64,000 nucleotides of DNA from Schmidtea nova. Its lineage: Eukaryota. Below are positions 52,103 to 64,000 of the stretch, piece after piece. Position numbers and translations under genes: made by a program. How positions within the stretch are numbered: the stretch's first letter is position 1; each line of letters opens with the position of its first letter. Where the stretch lies: NCBI GenBank assembly GCA_044892505.1, contig CM097882.1, forward strand, positions 53,320,001 to 53,384,000. Direction: 5' to 3'. The notes under the pieces are model-generated. The model was not told where the DNA came from. It did no database searches and was given only the letters and a program-made list of their open reading frames with translations.

Positions 52103-53743
52103 TTATTTTTTATATTGAAAATCCGCGACTAGCGCTAAATGGTCACTGGGGAAATCTTTATTTGGAAGAGCTTGTTCACGCGTAACTTCCTCTAATGATG
52201 GCAACGGCACAGTACTCTTACACAACAGGTCGTTAGAGCTGTAAAATATATAATCTAGTTCTCCTGAGAAATCCAGAACGTAGTTAGTGAACGGACTATT
52301 ATAAGCTGATCTCAACAATAAATCATGATTCAAATACAAGCTTAACTCTTCTCCATCTGGCAATAAATGCTCCACAGCAACAGATCCGTTGAGCACTAGA
52401 TTGATCGTGTCACTATTCCGGAAATCATTAAAATCGCCAATCAAAACGACTTTAGCTTCGGGATATTTGCGCTTTATTGAACTGATTTGAAAAAGAATTG
52501 CTGCCACTTGAATATATCTAATAATATCAGCGGACGGTTTGAAATACAAATGGGTATTCAAAACGATCAATTGGTGATCAGCGGCCTGGAGAACACAGCC
52601 AGCAACGCACTGCTTAAGTTTGATCCAATTCTGGAGCAACGGAGAGGATTTCCTAATAAAATTCACGATTTCCCCAAAGCCCTCCAAGTGGCCACTGTTC
52701 AAAACTAATTTCGAAATCGACTCCACGCAGACATTTTCAACGAGTTCAAATTTCGATTTTCTCCACAAAATAGCCTGGCCTTCCATCGACAGTAAATCTT
52801 TCGTTTGAAACAGCCCATCGAAATAGTTACTGGCAAAGAACGGGTAGAGAAAATGTCGATAGATGTGCGATTCGACTTCCTGCAGGCAGATGATGTCGCA
52901 ATGATAATTGGATATTTCTTTTATCAGCAAATCTTTTCGGTAATCCGCATTTAAATACTCATCGGGACAGTGGCGAAATGTTTGTCTGCCGACTTCGGTT
53001 TCTGAGTAGATGCTTGCCAGTAAATTATAACTCAATATTCTGAACTCATTTTGTTCATTGTTATAATCACAAGTGTGATTCCATCGATTTTTAAGTGCAA
53101 TTTGTGACGGGCCTATTTGGATAGGGGTTGTTGATATGTTTTCAAAGACAATAAGCTCATTAAAACAAGAAGATTTTAATTTTAAAAAATGACTATTGTA
53201 ATTTTCTTTGAGTAAAACAGCGAAACCAGAATCGACTTTTTTCCAATCGCGTTTATTTAACGATACAAACCACTGGAAGCTTATATCGGATAATTCGCCC
53301 TGTTCCATGTCAATTTGCGGGAAAACAAAGGTATCTGTCAACAAGATTTTCGGTAATTTTATTGAGATAATCAATGGTACATTTAAAACAACCCTATAAT
53401 CAATTTTATTTATTTTCACAATTGTGTGCTCAATTAAAACATCTTTCAGTGACATGTTTAAAATATTTTCATCGAATATATGCTTTTCATTGATTATCGT
53501 GACATCATTTACTAATATTTCGGGATTTTCTTTGGATTCTAGTAATAATTTTTGTTTCTTTTTTCTTGATATCTTTTTTTCTAGCACATTATTGATTTTA
53601 AACTTAAATCGATTGATAAAATTAGACAAATCTTCCGTTTGGGAACGCAAGAATGAGAAATTTTCCTTAAAAAGCGAATGATAATTATAAACAAAGTCTA
53701 TCCTCATTTTGTCTGGCATTGATTTAGGAAATCTGATGTACAT
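52103..53743 (-). CDS. PDE12: 2',5'-phosphodiesterase 12 (CCR4/nocturin/angel EEP-family deadenylase), single coding exon, ~546 aa
   Basis: SYNLLA, DIICLQEV, EGQAILWR, NTHLYFKP..DIIRYIQ, GDFN, FTNYVLDFSGELDYIFY and PSDHLALVADF motifs, plus a long PDE12-like N-terminal region. First ATG at 53743. The frame is open to an AG acceptor at 53815, so the true start may lie upstream. Confidence 0.88.
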   Translation of the reverse strand: MYIRFPKSMPDKMRIDFVYNYHSLFKENFSFLRSQTEDLSNFINRFKFKINNVLEKKISRKKKQKLLLESKENPEILVNDVTIINEKHIFDENILNMSLKDVLIEHTIVKINKIDYRVVLNVPLIISIKLPKILLTDTFVFPQIDMEQGELSDISFQWFVSLNKRDWKKVDSGFAVLLKENYNSHFLKLKSSCFNELIVFENISTTPIQIGPSQIALKNRWNHTCDYNNEQNEFRILSYNLLASIYSETEVGRQTFRHCPDEYLNADYRKDLLIKEISNYHCDIICLQEVESHIYRHFLYPFFASNYFDGLFQTKDLLSMEGQAILWRKSKFELVENVCVESISKLVLNSGHLEGFGEIVNFIRKSSPLLQNWIKLKQCVAGCVLQAADHQLIVLNTHLYFKPSADIIRYIQVAAILFQISSIKRKYPEAKVVLIGDFNDFRNSDTINLVLNGSVAVEHLLPDGEELSLYLNHDLLLRSAYNSPFTNYVLDFSGELDYIFYSSNDLLCKSTVPLPSLEEVTREQALPNKDFPSDHLALVADFQYKK

Positions 53744-54050
53744 CAGACAGATAAAACGTTTTACATAAACAGTTCGCAAAGTCCCACTGATAAATAGTCT
53801 AATGTGACTGGCAATCTAAAATATAAAAATAGCTTTAAAGTAAATTACTATGCAGTGAATTACGCAATATTTATTACAATTTATAAAGATTATTGATTTA
53901 TTTTATATTTAAAAATGATTAGAAAAGAGTTTTAGTTTAATTAATAGCCCTATCAAATTTTTTATAAAATGCATTTAATCATATTTTTTTAAATTTTGCT
54001 TTCGATAAATGTGTGAATATTTAAACAAAATACGAATAGTGGTTAATCCA

Positions 54051-57000
54051 TGTATGATTAAGAATTATTAAATATACAGGGTTTCTCATTTTATAGAGTA
54101 ACTATCTTAATATCAGACATCAAGAATAATAATATTTATTTCAAAAACAACTCGTTCTCGTTGATTATTTAAACAACATAGTTTTTTAATAATCATTACA
54201 TTACTTTCCCCTCCTCAACTTTGATGCCATCTCTTCAGCCATTCTATCTGTCTCGGTCGTGTAGCATCCGGAAATTGTAGCTCGACCTGGTGTTCCGACA
54301 AAAATCTAACAATCTTATATGGTCCATCGTATTGCATGTCATTCTTATTTCTTCTGCGTGGCTCCCGTCGGACCAATACTTCCTCCCCCACTTCAAAAGA
54401 ACGTTTACCTCTTCGATCTTTTTCTAAAATTCTCATTCTATCCGCCGCTAACTTAGCATTCTGAACCACTTTCTCGTCAACTCTTTGGCCTTTGATCTCT
54501 GATCATTGTCCATTGGTATGAAGTGACACCTTCCGTCCATACACAATCTCAAATGGAGAATATTTAGTTGCGCTTTGAAATGTCGCATTGATGCTGAATT
54601 CCACCCTTGGAAGTATCTCGCACCATTCATATCGCCTGTTGTTACTAAGAATTGAAGTCACCAGTAGATCTCTCATCGTGCGAATTACTCTTTCTACCAA
54701 TCCATTTGATTGATGTTGATATGGTGCTGAGAATTCTTGACGAATCCCTAAAACTTCGAATTTCTCTTTCATATATCTGCCTTCAAAATTTTTCCCTCTG
54801 TCTGAAAGAATACTTTCTGGCTTTCCATATTTATAAATCCAATTATGAAGTATAATCCGGAATATCGTCATTTCGTCTTGTTCTCTGTCGCAGTTAGGCA
54901 TACTAATTTACTGAACCGATCTATTATGACAACCACATATCTCTTTCCGGACCTTGTCTTTTCCATGTGTGCTACATCAACTACGATTTGTTCCAGAAAC
55001 CCGTTACTTCCGCGCGGAATAAGAAGTTCTTTCGTTCTTCCTTGATCTATTTTCCTTCTCGCACATATACTACATTCCTTTACAACGTGTCTTACTATTT
55101 CTTACATCTTTGGCCAGAAAAAACTATTTTCCATGTAATGAAAGACTTTTTTCCCCCCACATGGCATAATTCTTCATGAATCTTCTTAACCAGTTGTTTT
55201 TTATGGCTCCCTGGAACTCCTACTAAATCATTGGATTCTCTCTCTGCGATAATTAGGTCATCGTTGATCTTCAATCTGTCTTTGTGCGCATATAGGAAAG
55301 ATTTCTTGAAAAAATCCTCTTCCTCATTCAAAAATTCATTGATATAATTCCATGCTCCTTGAAAACCCTTGTCCTTCTTTTGTTCTTCCATAATTTTCAT
55401 CATGGTGCCAGTTTTTTGTATCGAATTAATATATCGTACCCTAGCTCTCTCCTTCTTCGGCTCTTCGTGTTGTGTTTGACATTGTGCGCACAACATTCCT
55501 CCAATTCTCTACAATTCATCGGCATTCCCATGTTCTACTCCTTTCCGATACTGCAATTTAAAATTATATTCTGATAAGTTCACCATCCATGTTTGGAATT
55601 GTGGACTTATCGCTTTCTTTGTCGTATTCATAAATACAAGTGCCTTGTGGTCGGTTCTCGCTATGAACTCCTTCCCATATAAGTATTGACGAAAATAAGT
55701 AACATACTCATGTAATGCCAGTAATTCCTTTCTGGTCACACAATACCCTTTTTCGTGTGATGTAAGGTGTCTCGACCCATACACAATTACTACTTCTTTA
55801 CCTTCCTCTGTGATTTGACTCAGAACGGCACCTACCGCTTCAAAACAAGCATCCGTATCTAAGACAAATACCCCGTCCATCCTAGGATAATCCAGTATTG
55901 GTGTTTTCATCAGGGCTTCTTTTAAATTCTCGAAACTTGTTTCACATTTTTGAGACCATTGTAAAGTCTTATCACACCCTGTTGTTGCTGCATATAGTGG
56001 AGCTGCCAGACGCGCATAATCTTTGACAAATCTTCGATAATAATTCGTCAGTCCCAAAAATGAGCGCAGTTGTTTCGCACATTTTGGTCTTGTAGCTTCC
56101 TTAATCACCAATATCTTTTCTTCGTTAGTTTGAATACCGAACTCACTCACGGCATGCCCTAAAAATATTAACTTATCCTTGTAGATCTTACATTTCTGCG
56201 AATTTATCTTCACGCCAGTACCTCCGATTCTTTCAAAAACTTCTTTTAGCCGGCTGTCATGTTCCGATTTATCCTTCCCGAATATGAGGATGTCATCTAA
56301 ATATACCACCGCCCCATTAAAAAGAATACCTTCTAACATAGTATTCATGAATCTCTGAAATGTAGCTGGAGCTGTTTTCTATCCGAACGGTAATCGCTCA
56401 AAACAGAACTGCCCGCTTTTCGTACTAAACGCGGTTTTCTCCCGTGACTCTGCTGCCAATGATACTTGATAATATGCTTGACCCAGATCCAATGATGAGA
56501 AAAACTTCGCTCCGGCCAAGCAATCCAGTAGCTGTGTGATATTCGGCATCGGAAAAGATTCTTTCTCTGTCAGACTATTTAGACTCCGATAATCCGCACA
56601 CATTCTGATCGATCCGTCTTTTTTCCCCATTTTGACTAATGGTGCGTTCCATGGACTCAGTTTCTTCATTCATCACTGATATTGATGCCCCCGAATCCCA
56701 TAACATTTCTACTTCAACCGTATTAACAACCATCTTATTCCATTCTCTTCCATCGCTCGTCTGATACTTCATGCTTCTTCTCCTGTCATTTCGATTTTCT
56801 TCATATATATCTGCGATCCCATTGACGAAATGTGTGCGATGGGATCATTGGCATTTTGTCTTACTTCTACTTCATGTGGTTGACACTTACTTCCGTATTC
56901 ATCTCTAAAATCATAACTAAAATCATAAATATTGATGCCCCCGAATCCCATAACATTTCTACTTCAACCGTATTAACAACCATCTTATTCCATTCTCTTC

Positions 57001-57965
57001 CATCGCTCGTCTGATACTTCATGCTTCTTCTCCTGTCATTTCGATTTTCTTCATTTATATCTGCGATCCCATTGACGAAATGTGTGCGATGGGATCGTTG
57101 GCATTTTTTCTTACTTCTACTTCATGTGGTTGACACTTTCGTATTCATCTCTAAAATCATAACTATTTATCTGCTGATCCTCTGTTTCTTTGTGTAAACA
57201 TGATATCTTCTTGACGTTGGTGTTGTAACTTCGTCGTCCATTCAGAAGGTTACGATTTCTAAAATTGTGTAAGTTCTTCCCGCAAATCAAACATCTATCT
57301 TTTAAAGGGCATTCAAAACGCCTATGTCCTTCTTCTCCGCAACAAAAACATTGACCTGATTTAAGTTCGCATGGCCTTGGTTCTGGTAACCCCATATGTC
57401 TGTTGTATAACCGTTTGGCTATATGTTTCAGAGATACAGTTATACATCTTCTTTTCACCCGTCTGCTGTCCTTTCTATCTTTGGGACTCTGATTGTTCAT
57501 ATCTTCCGTATTCTACTTTGTTTTCGAAACTTCTAGGTTCTTTTCGTATATATGGTCTTTGCTTTCCTCTCTCCAATTCCTCTCGATTCCTTAGACCTTC
57601 TTTGAATTTTTCCTCATATGACATTGGCTTTACTGCCAAAATTTCTTCAGATCTGTCCTCTGTTTTCTCATAAATTTTTGCTAAATCATTTCTCTCTTTG
57701 TGATCCATCTTAGGTTTCGTCGTAAGTACCTCTTTTAATCTTTTATCTATCACTCTGTGCATAATAATCTCACTTACAATTTCTTCCTTTGGCAATCCTG
57801 AATATAAAACTTCTTCCACAATTTTGAGAACTCGAATCTCGAAAGTAGCAAAACGTTCGTTGTCATCTTGTCTGATAGTTGCAAGATCCTTGATTTTATC
57901 AATATTGACTTTTTTATAGTGAATGTTTCTATAAACCATTCTCTAGCATCATCCTCTGATGTGCC
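54051..57965 (-). mobile_element. 5'-truncated, decayed Ty3/gypsy element
   Basis: Gag remnant, knuckle CFCCGEEGHRRFEC, protease WDSGASISVM, RT (PWNAPLV, RMCADYR, LDLGQAYYQV, YLDD), RNase H (LDTDAC, FIARTDHKAL), IN (SDRGKNF, HQSNGLVER, YDGPY). PPT GGAGGGGAAAG at ~54204-54214. Candidate 150-bp 3' LTR 54200->54051 (TGTA...TACA); this boundary is uncertain. Confidence 0.88.
56679..57165. repeat. 250-bp direct tandem duplication inside the gypsy element
   Basis: ATTGATGCCCCCGAATCCC at 56681 and 56931, with near-identical copies. Confidence 0.92.
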
Positions 57966-58059
57966 TTCGAGTAGAGTAGGGGGAGCGCCCAAGAACAGGA
58001 ACAGACCCCCCCTAAAAAATTTTTTTTACCCCCCCCCCCAAAAAAAAAAAAAAATTTTT

Positions 58060-58650
58060 GTTTAAATGAAGTGAATTTTTTAAATTTTTTATTTTGTTTC
58101 AATTAAGTGAATTTTTAATTTTTAATTTTGTTTAAATGAAGTGAATTTTTTAATTTTAATTTTTTGTTTAAATGAAGTCAATTTAATTTATTATTTTGTT
58201 TAAATGAAGTCTTTATTTTAATTTTATTTATTTTTTATTTATTTTTATTTATTTTTATTTATTTTTAATTATTTTTTATTTATTTTTATTTTTAATATAT
58301 TATTTTTAATAATTTATTTTTAATAATTTATTTTTATTAATTTATTTTTATTAATTTATTTGTATTAATTTTTATTAATTTATTTTTAATAATTTATTTG
58401 TATTAATTTATTTGTATTAATTTATTTTTAATTTATTTTTATTAATTTATTTTTTAATAATTTATTTGTAATAATTTATTTGTATTAATTAATTTTTATT
58501 AATTTATTTGTATTAATTTTTATTAATTTATTTTTAATAATTTATTTGTATTAATTTATTTGTATTAATTTATTTTTAATTTATTTTTATTAATTTATTT
58601 GTATTAATTTTTATTAATTTTTATTAATTTATTTTTAATAATTTATTTGT
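58060..58650. repeat. AT-only low-complexity tandem repeats
   Basis: TTAAATGAAGTGAATTTTT about four times, then many TAATTTATTTGTAT/TAATTTATTTTTA units. Confidence 0.85.
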
Positions 58651-58659
58651 ATTAATTTA

Positions 58660-59460
58660 TTTTTGTAAAGGATTTTTACTCTGGTAATTTTGTACATGAT
58701 TTTCAACTCCGAGATTTTCTAGGGCAAAAATAGACTCTGGGTTTTTTGTACATGGAATTTTTATACATGAATTTTTGGTCTGGTATTTTTTGTATAGGAT
58801 TTTTAGTCCTATTATTTTGAATAAGATTTTCAACTCCCATATTTTTCTCAGGCAAAAGGGATTCTGATAATTTTGAACTGAAAATTTAATGGTAAATAAA
58901 AAACACGTGTAAATTTTTTAAACAAGTAAATTATCATTAAAGTATTTTGTATAGGATTTTCAACTCCCATATTTTTCTCAGGCAAAAAGGGACTCTGATA
59001 ATTTTGAACTGAAATTTTAACGGTAAATAAAAAACACGTGTAAATTTTTTTTTTTTTAAATAAGTAAATTATCAATAAAGTATTTTGTATATGATTTTCT
59101 ACTCCCAGATATTTTCTAGGGCAAAAAATAGACTCTGGTAATTTTGAACTGTAATTTTAATGGTAAATAAAAAACACGTGTAAATTTTAAAACTATTAAA
59201 ATACATTGAAATTATTTTGAATAGGATTTTCAACTCCCATAGTTTTCTAGGGCAAAAATAGACTCTGATAATTTTGAACTGAAATTTTAATGGTAATAAA
59301 AAACACGTGTAATTTTTTAAACAAGTAAATTATCTTTAAAATATTTCAAATAGGATTTTCTACTCCGAGATTTTTCTCGGGCAAAAAGTGACTCTGGTAA
59401 TTTTGAATATGATTTTTGGTCTCGTATTTTTGTATAGGATTTTTAGTCTGGTATTTTTGA
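58660..59460. repeat. Degenerate ~130-bp tandem repeat
   Basis: GATTTTCAACTCCCATATTTTTCTCAGGCAAAA..GACTCTGATAATTTTGAACTG..AAAAAACACGTG recurs at ~58821, 58951, 59091, 59221 and 59351. Confidence 0.85.
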
Positions 59461-59475
59461 AAATAATATTTTGGT

Positions 59476-60185
59476 CGGGGAAAATTGAAAAAATTAAAAA
59501 GTGGTCAGAATCAAATAATTTTTATACCAATCTACTGAGAATCGAATGGCGAACAAAAAAGGTACAAAAAGTAAAAACATGAAAATTTTGGTTTAACCGA
59601 CCCAATTTTTACACGTAAAAGGGTCAACTCGGGGAAATTCCAAAAATCAAAAATGCTCAGAATCAAATAATTTTTATACCAATCTACTGAGAATTGAATG
59701 GCGAACAATAATGGTCAAAAATTAAAAAACATGAAAAATTGATTTTTTCCGACCCAATTTTTACACGTAAAAAGGGTCAACTCGGGGAAATTCAAAAAAT
59801 TAAAAAGTTGTCAGAATTCAATAATTTTTATACCAATCTACTGAGAATTGAATTGGGAACAATAATGGTCAAAAATTAAAAAACATGAAAAATTGATTTT
59901 AACCGACCCAATTTTTACACGTAAAAGGGTCAACTCGGAGAATTTCCAAAAATTAAAAATGCTCAGAATTCAATAATTTTTATACCAATCTACTGAGAAT
60001 TGAATGGCGAACAAAAAAGGTTCAAAAATTAAAAAACATGAAAAATTGATTTTTTCCGACCCAATTTTTACATGTAAAAATGATCGACTCGGGGAAATTC
60101 CAAAAATTAAAAAGTTGTCAGAATTCAATAATTTTTATACCAATCTACTGAGAATTGAAAGGCAAACAATAATTGTCAAAAAATT
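59476..60185. repeat. ~153-bp tandem satellite, ~4.6 copies
   Basis: CGGGGAAATT...TAATTTTTATACCAATCTACTGAGAATTGAA...CCGACCCAATTTTTACACGTAAAA at ~59476, 59630, 59783, 59936 and 60090. Confidence 0.93.
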
Positions 60186-60322
60186 AAAATCATGAAAAAA
60201 TCAAAATTTTATACGTAAAAAATACAGTCTCAGTAAAAAAGGGTAAAATACATAAAAACGTGGAAATATTTAAAATAAAAATTTTTAAACTAAATAATTA
60301 AATCTAAATAAATTTATGATAA

Positions 60323-60523
60323 TTAAATAAAAAAGTAAATAAATTCTATACGAATTTCAAAACTCAATAAATAATTCACTCATTATTTTGTATTTAATTT
60401 ATCAAGTAAAATGGTACATTAAATAAAAAAGTAAATAAATTCTATACGAATTTCAAAACTCAGTAAATAATTCACTCATTATTTTGTATTGAATTTATCA
60501 AGTAAAATGATACATTAAATAAA
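60323..60523. repeat. 96-bp direct duplication
   Basis: TTAAATAAAAAAGTAAATAAATTCTATACGAATTTCAAAACTCA... at 60323 and 60419. Confidence 0.9.
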
Positions 60524-63500
60524 AGCATGGAAATAATAAGTAAATTAAACTTAGAATTTAAAAATAATTTGTACTGGATTTATGAAAAATGGCAAAGTAA
60601 ATAAATTAAAGATAGAATTTTAAAAATAATTATGAATTTAATGATAAATAGAAATATAAGTAAATTAAGAATAAAAAAGTAAATTAAGAAAGACGTGAGT
60701 TTTAATGTCATAATTTAAAAAAGAATTGCTTTTAAAGGAACTTTTTAAGGTAATATTTGAAAAATGTGAGAATAATTAATTATTTTTGAAATTTTTTAAA
60801 GTAAAATTTATTAACAATAAGTTCAATGTAGAATTTTTTAGCAATAAAATCAATGTAAATTTTTTAATTAATAAATACAAAGTAAACATTTTTTCGCAAG
60901 TAAATATTTTTCACAAGTAAAATTTTTAACTAATAAATACAAATCTAATTGTTTTTTCAATATGATGTTTTTTAAGGAAATGATCAAATGTAGTAAATAA
61001 AACACGTGTAAATATTGAATTTATTTAGAATAAAAATAGTTATTAAACAAGAGTTTTTACAATTTTGTATACTAAGTTAAAAAATATCAATTAATGACAT
61101 AAATTTTTAAAAATAAACGTAATAATTNNNNNNNNNNNNNNNNNNNNNNNNNNNNNNNNNNNNNNNNNNNNNNNNNNNNNNNNNNNNNNNNNNNNNNNNN
61201 NNNNNNNNNNNNNNNNNNNNNNNNNNNNNNNNNNNNNNNNNNNNNNNNNNNNNNNNNNNNNNNNNNNNNNNNNNTGTTTTAATAAAGCGATAACCCCATA
61301 GGTAGAGAACGCGCAAGATTCCATTTTTAACCTTAGCTTCCATTAAAAAATCCAACAATTATGTGGAAAACACCAAAAGGTGAAGTGGAATCAAAAAACA
61401 TCAACCGGTAGACTACGCGCTAACTGCGAATTTATAAATATTTTCACTGAAATCGCGAGAAAAATTAAAAGCAGAATGTTTGGAAGCTAGAATAGGCAAA
61501 AAACCCATGGAAAGTGCCCATAAAGAACAGAATTTTGTCATAAACCTTCAAGTGCAGAAAAATTAACACAATTCTAGAGGAAAATTGTGAATTTATCACA
61601 AAATTTCACATATAACAATAGAGAGAATTAATATGGATCGAATATCATAAATTAAATCAAATCGAACAAATTTCGATTCAAACATAAAAATTTTGAATTA
61701 AAATAAATTATTTATAGTTTATAAAAAATTATTATACAAAAATATGGAATTAATTTTCGGAAAATCATTAGAATTAATTTAGAAAAAATTAAGAGAAAAT
61801 TCTAGAACAATTTGTTTTATTGCACTACCGGAGATAGAGAAAATTTGATGGTATATATACCGCCATCAAAATGGCAGAATTCAGAATTTGTGAAAATTTT
61901 TCCGAAAATTTTTTTTTTACTGATACAGAATTTGTGGTAACCAAAAATTTATTTAGAAGAATTTAGAAAAACTCGTTAATTTCAGAGGAAACGTAAGGAG
62001 TAATTTGCTTTTTAATATTATATTTTTTTTTTGGGGGGAATGGAATGGTCGTCCATCATGCCTGACGATCATCCCATTCCTCATTCTTTGTTAATTTGCT
62101 ATTTATTATTCTATTGACGTATATTTTGTTATTATAAAATTATTAAAATATTAATTTTTGTTAAAATTTTCTTGTTATTATTATCATAATAAGACATAAA
62201 TTCCCAACTTAATGATTATTTTGCAAGCAGTTATTTGAATAAAATTATCAAAAATAAATAAAGAATTTTTTTTTGTTTTCCATATCTTCTGACGATCCGT
62301 CCAGCATTGCGTTGTGCGGATCTGTTAGTAGCCTGGGTGGATCGTTGTCTGATTGGTAATCGGCCAGCCCATATTTCCACTTTAAGGTGAGGCTCATACA
62401 TCCAAATTCTCGTCATCCCAACTGGGGAATCGTGGTTTGGCCAAGAGCAAGGATTTGTTATATTAATGATTTTTATTATAATAAAGTAGCATATTTTTAT
62501 TATCTACATAAGCAATTTCGTAATACAACATAAAATCTTCTAACTCATGTCTTGAAATCTAAAATAGGAAATATTATTGATTAAAAAATCGACTCGTACT
62601 CACCTTCACCTTCACACTCTCAACAACGTTCATCTCATGAGAAAATGCAAGAAAAATGGATGCTAATGATGAAAAGAAAATCGTTCGAAATAATGCTCAA
62701 GTCTAGAATAATGCTCACGAAGTGAAATGAATTGTGAAACAAGTATTGATTTAATCTGAATTAAAACTCATTATGGTCTAAATAAGTTTTCCTGTGAATC
62801 TTGTTTTTCGAGAGCCTGAAATTCCTAAGTGAAGTGTCCCGAAAAATTCGCGTACACTTTGATTGGGAAATTCATGCTCAACAAAACCGAAATTTACTTT
62901 ACTTGAGGTTAAAAATATTCGTTGAAAAATTTATAACTTATTTTTATTTTATTTTTATTTAGCATATAAAATTTTTTAGATTAAATGCTTATTTAGATTT
63001 CGAAATTTATGGATGAAAAATTTATTATTATGTGAATTTCGTTTCGATCAAAAAATAAAAATTTACTTTTTATTATATTGGAAAAATTTTTATTGTAAAC
63101 CAAAAATTCTCCGAATATTGTTATGATATAAAAGATTTTGTCATTTTATAAAATTCCTAAGAATTTATAAATCAAAACGTATATTGAAACCCATAAAAAT
63201 TTTAAATCGAAAATATTATTAGTATATTGAAAATTTTATCATTTCAAAAAATCCAAAATTTCAAAATTCTATAGGGAAAATTTTTTTACTATATATACAT
63301 ATACTTAAAATATAAAAATTCGAATATAAAAATTCATATTATAAAAATTAGAAATGGTATTATTATATTATTAAAATTATAAAAAGCATTATAAAAATTT
63401 ATAATATAAAAATTAGGAATTTTATTATTGTATTATTTTCATAAAATTATAAAACTAAAATTTATAAAAAGTATTATAAAAATTTATAATATAAAAATTG

Positions 63501-64000
63501 GAAATTTTATTATTATATTACTTCATAAAAATTATAAATCTAAAATTTATAAAAAGTATAATTATTATTATTATTTTAATATAAAAATTATTATTATTAT
63601 TTTAATTTTAAAAATATTTTATATAATTTATATATATATATATTATAAATACCCCCACGATATCTCAAAAATCATAATGCATCCCTAATTGCAAAAAATT
63701 ACATCCATTTCATTCAATAACATTTCCCATACTAATACACAAGCAACATATATTTAAAATACAATATACACACATACACAGTACCATTTATTAGCATTCA
63801 ATAGTTATATACACACAAGCAAACCATACTGAAAATTCTACACAGTTATGTTAGTCGGCAACATACATCCAGAAAAACCATACAAAAATTTCTATCATTC
63901 AAACCTACCATATAAAATTGAATATACCCAGCCAAATAGGCCATTTACATTACAGTTTATTTTTAATTTACAAAAATTTCATAAAACTAATAAAAACTCA

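Noticed and set aside
59476-60185. CRISPR-like array
   Set aside because: Eukaryotic context, the whole unit repeats with no unique spacers, and there are no cas genes.
62061-62330. Hammerhead ribozyme (CTGACGA cores followed by a stem)
   Set aside because: The obligatory GAAA after stem II is absent in both instances.

Overview
AT-rich eukaryotic (animal-like) genomic scaffold with ten N-gaps and a strongly bimodal intron size distribution (41-58 nt, or >300 nt and often filled with repeats). This suggests a compact, probably parasitic invertebrate genome, but the taxon cannot be determined from the sequence alone. There are three host genes. (1) A 5'-truncated non-muscle myosin II heavy chain (11-14978, +) with an 18-nt loop-1 microexon and a GC-AG intron. 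(2) A 7-exon, 497-aa ornithine decarboxylase-family gene (21436-31604, +) whose catalytic Cys and two other active-site residues are replaced, making it a candidate antizyme-inhibitor-like pseudoenzyme. (3) A PDE12-type EEP deadenylase (52103-53743, -). The rest is a transposon graveyard: two decayed Ty3/gypsy elements, a ~630-bp LTR family, a hAT MITE, pogo-like and Merlin elements with intact TSDs, a 200-bp perfect palindrome and several tandem arrays. The most unusual signal is a family of three diverged TG...CA-bounded, LTR-like units (31695-33645, ~40998-43480, ~49569-50945). They encode no RT or integrase, share a compensatory-mutation-supported RNA structure at the 3' end, and one carries two GC-rich orphan ORFs. 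All alignments, folds and splice models were done by eye and need computational confirmation.
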